A stretch of 64,000 nt of DNA from assembly GCF_964204865.1 (NCBI RefSeq), contig NC_135257.1, positions 14,818,001 through 14,882,000 of the forward strand. The letters are read 5' to 3'. Shown here in pieces: positions 54,501 through 64,000 of this stretch (its first letter is position 1; every line of letters starts with the position of its first letter). The position numbers and the translations under genes were made by a program. Source of the stretch: Styela clava (taxonomy: Eukaryota). The notes beneath the pieces were generated by a model. The model did not search any database. It was not told the origin of the DNA and worked only from the letters and a program-made list of their open reading frames with translations.

Positions 54501-57500
54501 ATTGCATCAGCATATTGCAGTATAGAGGTTTGTCTGGAATACTTGATTAATTAACAATCGTGTTTGGTTCCAATTATATGTGATAATCTATATATGGGGA
54601 AATCAGGCTTATAAATAATACAAAAATGTAAACTCAAAAGGTCAAACAATAACGATAATTACACAGTTTATCAATAATTTCATATACATTAGAGTTTGAA
54701 AATATTTTACATCAAATTTCGATGAAGATATTGAAAGATTTTGTCTACTTTATTACATCAGATCTAGACAGCTACCATGCATTATTACATCTCAGTTTCG
54801 GCCATTTGTTTGGTCATAACATGAGTTACCAACTTCCTTATGAACTATAGACCTTCAGTTTAGTAGACGTCAATCATCAACAACTCATTGTTTCGATATT
54901 CAAGCTGTTTAATATTGCCTAAAATTTTGCCTAATTATTAGTTTTCTAAAATCACAGAAACTAGGAAATTTACTAATTCAACATATTCTTTAAAATAGTT
55001 CCGATTCTGAACTAAAATACATTTTGGAATAGCTGTATTTAAAAAAAAAATCTGATCTTTTTATTTGAATGAGGACCCAATTTTGAGGGGAGAAATTAAT
55101 AAGGTTTTTGTTTCTATCGTTTTTCGATATTATCAGTGACCGAATTTCACATTCATTTTGATCAATTTCATTAATTTTGAGAAGGTCACCATATTAAATT
55201 TACGATGTTCAGATATCCAATTAGGAATCCTTTTCTGATTTCCATGTGATAGTAAATTTGCCACTGTCTTTAATAAAAAAATTTTTACTTGCATATTTTA
55301 GTAATGCCTCTGCGTATGCACTTTTTTTATTAAGTACCGGTAGGCCTACTTCACTTTGTGTGTTAAAAACATCAATTAGTAAACGACTGTTTTTCTGGCA
55401 ACATTATTCTTTATTATTAAGTACCACAGATTGACCAGAACTAGCTTTACTTTGATTGAAATACCATAGTCGTTCTTTACACTTTTGGTTTAGTATAGAT
55501 TAATAAGCAGTGTTTTCATTTGGTTAGTGTTGTCTCTATTTTTGGGTTGTTTACTTGGTTTTCCAAACAACTAGAGTTCAAATGAGGTGTCAAATCTTGG
55601 CCTGAGGGTAGATAAACTCAGTCAACTACTGTACGAAATAGCACTTGTGGTGGATGCAAAATTATCAATGATTGTAGATTTCTAGATTTGGATATTTAAA
55701 CATGATTTTTTATCACATTAATATACATTTAATTTCAAGAAACTTTTATAAATCAAATTGAAGGAAATATTTATAATACGGATTCGGCAAAATTCAATCA
55801 ATCACTATTCCTCATATTTTGAAAAATAAATTTTAATTTGGAATATCGATTGAATATGCACAAAACATTATATATTTTATGATTAATTTTAAATATGCAG
55901 ATTTCTTTTCTTTTCTAATTTGTTCAGCTATAGAAAGAGAAAGTATGTTTTAGTCCAATTGTCTAATGCCAATACCTCGATTTTCAAATGAGTACATTGA
56001 AAATTTCAAAACACCACGAAGTTGAACATTCAGGGATGTCCAAGACGAATCAATATTTAAAATTATTTACATTTGATGTTTTAGATTTTGTATTTCAGAA
56101 TAATCTGGGAGGGTTTTAGTTGAAAACTTTTGATTTTGAGGAATTGAAATCTCACATTAGAAAAAATACCTTTATTGATTTAAGCAATTAGAAAATAAAA
56201 AAACAATAGACTCATTGTTTTTCTGAACTTTTCACACATATTCAAATCGAAAATCATTGAATACACATAAACCTACCTAAGTGTTTTTTTTATTTACTAT
56301 AGGCTAGTCTATATTCCATATTGGAAAATAGTATTTCAGAATGTATTCAGGATAGCAGATTACCTGTTTTTGACCATATCTAATTTGAAAATGTTTTAAA
56401 TATCCAATTCATTTGGACATCTCACAATCTGGTATATCAGAAATTTTCATACCATAGTTTTAAGATATTGGATATTCTCAGTCAATATCAATAGACCTAT
56501 GATCTGACTAATCTGTTTACTCTCAAGATCACCAATGAGCTAACTTCATTGTGTTATTCAGCGTTGAGTCATTTTGGCTTCTTGATCAGATTTTTATACT
56601 GATTATACTAGACTGTGCGTGAAATATTTCACATATATTATAATAAATTTATTTGTGAGCCCTTGCGAATAATCTGACCCAATTTTAGTGACACCAGGGC
56701 TGAGGAGTTGGAAACCCTGACCAGTGAATCCATCTCTGAACTGCAAGAAAATAAAATTTTGATATAACAAAAACTTTGGCTTATGCAAGTTTTCTGTAAT
56801 AGGCCGTTGACAATGCTTGGTGAAATTAATACGTTTTGAGCTTTAGTAGGAAGTTTCTGTTAGTAGGAAGACTTATTTAATTACTATTGAAAGTCTAAAA
56901 TTCCGATTTTAAAAACTACATCTGCTTATAGCAGTGATGAGTAGCTTCCCAAGTGTTGTTACTTATTTTTTATAGTTGATTTTACTTTTATTAATATTTA
57001 ATTTTTATTTTCTAGCAGGATGATGCAGAACAAAAACTGAAAAACCTTTGCAAAGATGTGAAACTTTCACTTCTTTATTTTGAAGCGATTGTTTTGAAAA
57101 ATATCACAGAACAGTACGCTGGGTCTGCAACTAAAATTTTAGAAACAATAATGGGAATATTTGATCAATTGTCGCATGGAAATTTTTCACCTGAACAAAG
57201 GTTAGTTTCGAGTTTTTTTTTTAAACATTATTTTTTTTTTATTCCCAAAAAATTGAAAAACACTTGTGGTTGAGAATACATCAGACTCAATGAATATGGA
57301 TTAAGGGATTCGAGAAATAAATATCTGAACTTATATCTGTAAAATTCGATTTGTGATTCAACTATGAAGTTGAAATTCGTCTGAAGAAGTCTCTTTAGAT
57401 GAAACATAACAGAATTATAAATACAGATACATTACAGAAATGTTGGTGTGCAGCAAATCCCTCATTAGATCACATGCGCAAAGGTATGAAGGAATGATAG

Positions 57501-60500
57501 GTAGTTAGTCTCGCGTGACCCCAACTGATAGTGTGAAATTGAAGATGTCTTTAATAAATGATAATCAATTTGTTTTGTATCAATGTACTTCATAACTTAG
57601 ATTTTTAATGTGAATTATATTCTGTAGAAATATTTTTATAGTTGAATTATTTAAAATTCTAAATTAGTATTTTCCATGTCATTTGCACAAATCAATAGTT
57701 ATTCTCATATAACCTGGGAGTAAGATAATGGGTAAAAATGAGAGATTGTTTTGATCTAGCTTTTATTAATGTGGATAGATATCAGGGGATCCCGTTTTGG
57801 TCTCTACTGATTGATCTCAAATTGGGATTAAAAATTTATTATAGGCTCATGCATGTAAATAATTTTGGGCACTCCAGAAGTTGGTGTAACCAATATGGAG
57901 GTACGATAACTAGTAATTTTGTTCGCCTACTTTACATCAAGTTGTGTGCAGGGACTGAAACCTATGAGCAGGGGCTATATTCACTTGGCTAACACAGACA
58001 GTCCCTGAACTCATATTAGAACTAAAATAAGGAAAATATTCGTTACTTTGCAGCTCTGTGCTAATGTCATGCCGAAGTCGTTTAGTGCAAAGTCTTGCTC
58101 AACTCATTCATTGGTCAGATACAACGCTACTTCATACTGCTAAAACACATGAGAAGACGCCGATCAGAGATACAATTCGTAAGTATTTTCAGAAGTTTTA
58201 TCATGGATTCATTGTCCGGCTGACCGCTAACATATGAGTATTCTTCTGCATTGTTTTCTGTGATCAAAGTATCATCAAAGTATTTATTATGTTATTTCAC
58301 AATCTATGTAAAAGTATGGACATTGAACTACGGTATTTTAAATTGGTCTGATGTCATCAAAATCACGAGGAAATACTTCATTAATAAGAATAAGTTTAGA
58401 TTTCTCTCAATTTACAGTGTTTTAAATATCTTATTCAAAATTATTCAAACTTCATTTTTTAAATATTACCAGTACAATCATACATTAGGTTTTATAATGC
58501 ATCTTTCTTGCAATGTAGGTAATTTTTCATTTTGAATTAGGAGATAAAGTTATATTTTTGAAATTCTACAATTAGAATTTACATATCATTGAACTTCGTA
58601 ATGTTGAGCATCAAATAGGGTGTCGCAGCCCGAGATGGAATCTGGCAATCATCATTTGCTAAATCTTTGTTTTTCTATTCAGAATCTGTTCAAAGCGCTG
58701 TTGAAGATCTGGTTGAAGAATCAATCAAGAAAATTCAAACTCAAACAAACAACAGTGCTCCAGTGACTCCAATGAAGGCACTCAAGTAAGAGAATTATTT
58801 TGTAGGAGTAGTGTGCAATGGCTGGCCTGGGAAGTTTGAGTCTCAGACACGATGCTTTTCTCATTTCTCTGAAAAGAATTTGGTAACAGAAATTGTATTT
58901 AGTATACTTTTAAAGTATTCAAGAACTTTGACTTGAATTGAAGGAATAAACTATTGTCCTGTTGCTATATATGTTTTCTGAATTCTGCTCGTTTAACAAA
59001 GTAACTTAGTAGGTAATGTTTATTCGATGAGTTTGAATTTGGAAATGCATAAAAGTGAACATAAACAATGATTTGATTGTTTTGCTTCTTTGTTATAGTT
59101 TTCAGAAATTCAATGAAATTCTTGGTCACAGTTCGAGACTTTTTGCTCAAAATTAAAATCTCTCAAATTTTTAGTTATTTCCAAAATCTAGAATTTAAAA
59201 TATTTGTTTTGTTTTCAACATCCTTGAGTATGAATTATGTATATGCCTTAGTTAGCACGGGCAAACTATATTCCAATCTTTGTAAATGGTGCCAACCAAG
59301 CTAACTCTACTTTTGAGTCTATATTATACAGTAGGCTTAGCTTAAAATTGCTGTATACTCATTACTTACATGCTGCTATCAATTTACCGGATTTCAGCAC
59401 TATGCTGTCATTTGATCCGTCCTCATACCATGGATGTCTGGCGTTCTTATCTATTGCTAGATTAGTACAAGCATGCTAAGTATGCCTCTTTGTGAAATGT
59501 TATACCTTAGGTAGTTCTTAGTCATAAAACCTATTTTTCTTTTATGTTTTTATAAAAGGGTGTACTGTACGCTGGCTAAATTTACCGTAGGTTTTTTTAC
59601 TTCAGTGAGTTTTGTTTAAGTCTAGTAGTTCCTAAATTGGAACTAATAGATTTCTATTTTGATGATGATGTTATTCTTATAATAAAAGTCTAATTTTGTA
59701 AAATTGCAACTGATTGAAATTGAAGCTGAATTCCACCTTGTCCTAATCCATATTTTTCCTTTCAAAAGCCAATGTTTCTATTTTTTACTTTTAACCCTAA
59801 TTTTATTTTCTTCAACCAAAGTTTTTAGTTTACACTACGTAGAGTCATTTTCGCCGAAACAATACATTTTGAAAACATGTTATTGAACAGTTTTCTTGTT
59901 TATCAAACTTGGGAAAAATATTTATTCACAATTACACACTGGTAAGTATGTACATTGATTAAGTTTACTGTTAATACAAACATCATGCTTGATATTTACC
60001 TGTTCCAAACAATTTTCTTTCGATACTGGAATTGAGAATGCTGCGTTTGCACTCCATAAATTTATTTTTGTAATGTTTTGACTCATTAGTATTGGTTTGA
60101 CAGCCTGCATTATGTAATGTTCACTTTTGAGTGTTTATTACAATTTGGAAATAATCCAAGATATTCGATCATGGTATTATATTTATACCCCTATGATTTG
60201 TAGTTCACTGATAAGATGGCAGTGACTTTTTGTATTCATTAATCAGTCTTTAAATTGGGATATTGCTCAACATTTCCAGTAAACATTTGGAGCTTATTAT
60301 GATTATGACTAAAGATGGGAAAACAAATTTGATTAATAATATTATTGACTATAAAAATATTCATTTAACCACTGATTAGTTAAATCGACAATGATGCATC
60401 TGACGGTATGTTTTTGCAATAAAATATTATCATTCCATAAATAAAAATAATTACTAGATAATGGTATTTTGGATAATTTTCTATATATTCAGTAACATAG

Positions 60501-63500
60501 ATACATAAAGATGTATAGTTTTTAAATTGATTTTTCTGAAATATTCGATAATAATCACTAGCGCAACAGATGGTTTGAAATATCCGCCCTCATGTTTGTC
60601 ATAATCTCTTTCCACGAACTAGCCAGTATTTTTGTAAGCTTTCGTTGGAACATAGTCTAACTCAGTGGTTTTCAACCTCTTTGGTTGAGCGGACGGAACC
60701 CTAATGGAACACTCCAGAGGCTCGAGAAACACCTGTGTAATACTTTAATTGCCTCTTTTATTATCTGAATTGTATTGACTATAAATATATATAGCAGAAA
60801 ACCTAATGCTGGCAAAACAAAATGAATTTTAGTAGTGGTGTAACGTTTAATAATAGTGGCAAACGTCGGTATTTGGTTATATTTAAACAATATACATATA
60901 TTAATATAGATTCGGATTTGAATATAAACTCGCGAAACCCCTAGACTATACTGACGGAACCCCGATTGAAAAGCACTTGTCAACTTCTTCAGACAAAACA
61001 AGATATGGCCTATTCAAACAGAAAATCTTGTTTTGTCCAATGAAGTTAGACTATGATCTAAGAAAAGTTCACCAACAAACTGCTGTTAAATACACAATAT
61101 ATTCTTGAAAACACTATATTAAAGTTTATCCGAAAAAAAAATTTTTTTTTCCAACGTCATAGACATTACAATCAGCAAATTCTGGAATATTGTCAAATTT
61201 TGTCAATGTTCATAACATTCTGATATTAAGCTGTCACAGAGTAAATATAGAAAAAAGCTTTTTGTTGACAAACCGATGTCATCATCGTGGTTTTGACACT
61301 CTGGTTTATTTACAATTCACACGCAGTGAACGTCACTTTACAATAAATATCTGGTTACGTCAATATGCAAGCAAGCTTGTTAATAAGGAAACATTACTTC
61401 ATAACATCACTGTTTTAATAAGACTTGGAGATTGGAAATGTTAAATACAGTAGCTATGAGTAGGTATATCTCATAAAATATGTATAATCAGAAACTGCTA
61501 AAATGTTATAATTTTCTGTTCTATTTGTATCATGAAATATTTTTGATTTTTGGGTATTGAACATGTTTTGGATAAGATGATGATTTACCCTAAAATTCTT
61601 ACTAACCAATATACCTTTAGAGAGACTGATTCCAAACAGCAAAAACGCCAAATATGACATTTTCCTATTGAATTTCCAATTTTTGATTTTTTTCGTAGCT
61701 ACAAATGGCAGTTTCTTTATGCAATAGTCCTGAATTAATCATTCTATTTCTCATTCATCAGGTTTTCGTCACATTTAAATGTTCTATTGATCTTGACCAT
61801 TTCTCATCAATAAATACATTGCATGAAAAATTTATCTACAACTCATGGTTGGTTGTTCTATGTAAAATAGTTCATTTATGCTACAACCATGGCAGAGGTA
61901 AAAAAATAATGTCTCAAAGTCATGTTTTATCTGTGGCTTGTGGGTGGCCTTACATGAATGTATTGACATTTTATACATGGAAAATCACTTCGATGCTTTT
62001 ATGTCAAAACATTGACAGTAAATTGATTTGTAGGCTTTTTAACTAATGGATAGCAGAAATAGAAAATTACATCACTTTCTAGTTTATTCATTTGTTTTGA
62101 ACTTGGCAGTGCTGTTAAATTCTGTCAATGTTACAGTTCATTTCATTGAAAATTTGGTTCATAGGGAATCATAGCATACCCAAATTTGGGGATTTTCATA
62201 GAATACTAGTGAAATCTAATATATTTTACTGTCTCTAATTAGGCCCTATCTAGTTATGTGTATGAGATGAATTTGACATGATAGGGAAAGCTTTATATAA
62301 AAAGATAGCAGTATCTTTAATGCCCATGAACTTCTAAAAGACACGCTTATATACAAGTTTATTCCATATTTGGTTTTGATTAACTTTTATGATATTTCCA
62401 AATTTCATGCACATACATTATGTTACCTAGTACCTACATATGTGGCAACGTTTCCAACGTTTCTATTTTGATTGGACAAACGAAAACTAATATATAATAT
62501 GGTGTTATCAAAATTCTTTTAGACCTTTTTTTGATATCGGACATTTACATTGTTTTATACAAGGATTGAATTAAAATATATTAGATATTTCATATTCGAA
62601 AATCTTCTCTCAGAATGTATTCAAAATAGTAAAATATTTGGTTATAATATATAGCCTATTCTATTTTTATAAAGATTTTGGTTGTATTTTCTTCAAACAT
62701 TCAATTGATCACCTGAGTTACGAAGCCCATTGCTACACGAAACGTTTCTATTTCACATTACATCATTACTTGTGACAATTTTCAGTGTTGTATTTCTTCG
62801 ATTCATGAACTTTCATAATATAAGAGCTTGAAGTGTTTCCCAGTAGAGACATGCCCTCAGTGGTTTTAGGGTTTGGTTTCTCAGAATTGTGATTTGAAGT
62901 ATATTTCTGAATTGTTGCTTTTGAATCTCATTGGCCAAATATCATTTTTTAATAATACATTAAAGAGTTTGTATTTTTCTGTAATTTTGTTCAGTATAAC
63001 CAGTGTCCAGTATAATAATATTATACCGGATTTCTCTCCTATGGTCATTTTTAATAATTTAATTCTTATCACAATGGCCTATTCCATTATAGAGATATAA
63101 AACATAATTCCATTTAATTACCACCACAAACAAAGCTTTCTTAATGTGAGAAAACACAAAAACTTTAAAATCTCAAGTTACTACTATTTTAGTATGTAGA
63201 CATCTGTGACGTTTATAACACATCAAATGAGATAATAAACCTGTTTTTGCCATACTTTGTTAATTCAGTATTTGGTGTAATGTGGCAACTAGTAACGTGA
63301 TGTGTCACAAAAATTCAAGATTTAATATTTCCATGTTTGTCTAAATCCATACTGAGTCATTTACTGTGTGATATGTCCACATACTTCCTGTTGCATTTTG
63401 TCCAAACCTGTAGCTAAATTATAGTTTTTCATGATCAATGAATTGATTGAAACGCTTGGATGAAAATTTGCATATTCAGTGCTAAATGTTCACTAAATCT

Positions 63501-64000
63501 CTATTTTCGGTTCGTAAAAGTATTTGCATAATGCACAGGTCGGCAGGTTGAATTTTTTCAGACATGAATTATAGGTATGGATCACTTTGCTAACTTGTTT
63601 TGTTGTGGAAAATTCCCCTTTCTCCGCAACAAATGAACAAATCTATTTCAAATTTTCAGTACTTGACATTTGAAGTATTGACTAAAGGGCTATTATGCTT
63701 TCGTTTTTTCAAATTTACTATGACGTACAATATTGAACCAAAAATTTTGTTTTGTCGTATTTTAATTCATGGGAACACTTTTTCGGCATTTAAACTTGGC
63801 AATTCGTGAGAAGACTAAACCTTGTTTTTTTGACGTACAGTGCTTGCCATGGCCTTACTGATACTGACTACGGTAGTGGGACTTATTTGTTATTTAATTA
63901 TGTTCATTATAAATAATAATGTTATTTTGTATTTAGACCTCCTTGGCCATCTTTAAGTGAGAATCAAACGGATGATTTCACATCAGCTCCACCTAAACCA
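48506..64000 (+). CDS. RAPGEF1: Rap guanine nucleotide exchange factor 1 (C3G), 5' part; continues beyond the window
   Basis: Phase-consistent exons 48474-48617, 49659-49765, 57016-57200, 58054-58178, 58683-58785, 63937->64000. Peptides LLYFEAIV..EQYAGSATKILETI and SSVLMSCRSRLVQSLAQLIHWSD match the C3G N-terminal region (human LRYFKTIV..LPGSASKVLEAI; SSALSSCYSRVYQSLANLIRWSD); SAPPKP begins the Crk SH3-binding proline motif. The start codon is uncertain; the first in-frame ATG is at 48506. Confidence 0.88.
50130..50333. mobile_element. hAT-Charlie-like MITE
   Basis: CAGGGGTGTGC...GCACAACCCTG; perfect TSD cactaaac. Confidence 0.82.
57868..58037. mobile_element. Truncated Merlin-like MITE abutting a RAPGEF1 acceptor
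   Basis: Reverse-complement match to the 21710/33844 subfamily; one end lost. Confidence 0.65.
60663..60978. mobile_element. hAT-Charlie-like MITE
   Basis: CAGTGGTTTTCAACC...GATTGAAAAGCACT; repeated GGAACCC; flanks gtctaact/gtcaact. Confidence 0.65.

Overview
AT-rich, intron-rich animal genomic DNA with no prokaryotic features. The compact introns, TE types and gene set look like an invertebrate chordate such as an ascidian, which is inference only. Five genes were reconstructed by hand from GT-AG phase-consistent exons. (1) A 2-exon, ~550-aa gene (292-2296, +) with a CG-1-like N-terminal domain, a catalytically eroded Mutator-type core and a SWIM finger, probably a domesticated transposase. 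(2) RPA1 (14 coding exons, -), with E2F-type sites upstream. (3) CCDC171 (~30 exons, -). (4) An intronless RUVBL2/reptin (+). (5) The 5' part of RAPGEF1/C3G (+), running off the window end. RUVBL2 lies between a promoter with a non-coding exon (~43.3-43.8 kb) and the first recognisable RAPGEF1 exon, suggesting a retrogene that shares that promoter. Introns and intergenic DNA are packed with non-autonomous DNA transposons with readable TIRs/TSDs (hAT, GG-ended 8-bp-TSD Merlin-like MITEs carrying TTAGGG and YY1-like motifs, piggyBac, Tc1/pogo), a tRNA-derived SINE family and a LINE 3' remnant. The palindrome TACCGGTA and related TA-x-TA words are strongly over-represented in non-coding DNA, consistent with transposon excision footprints.
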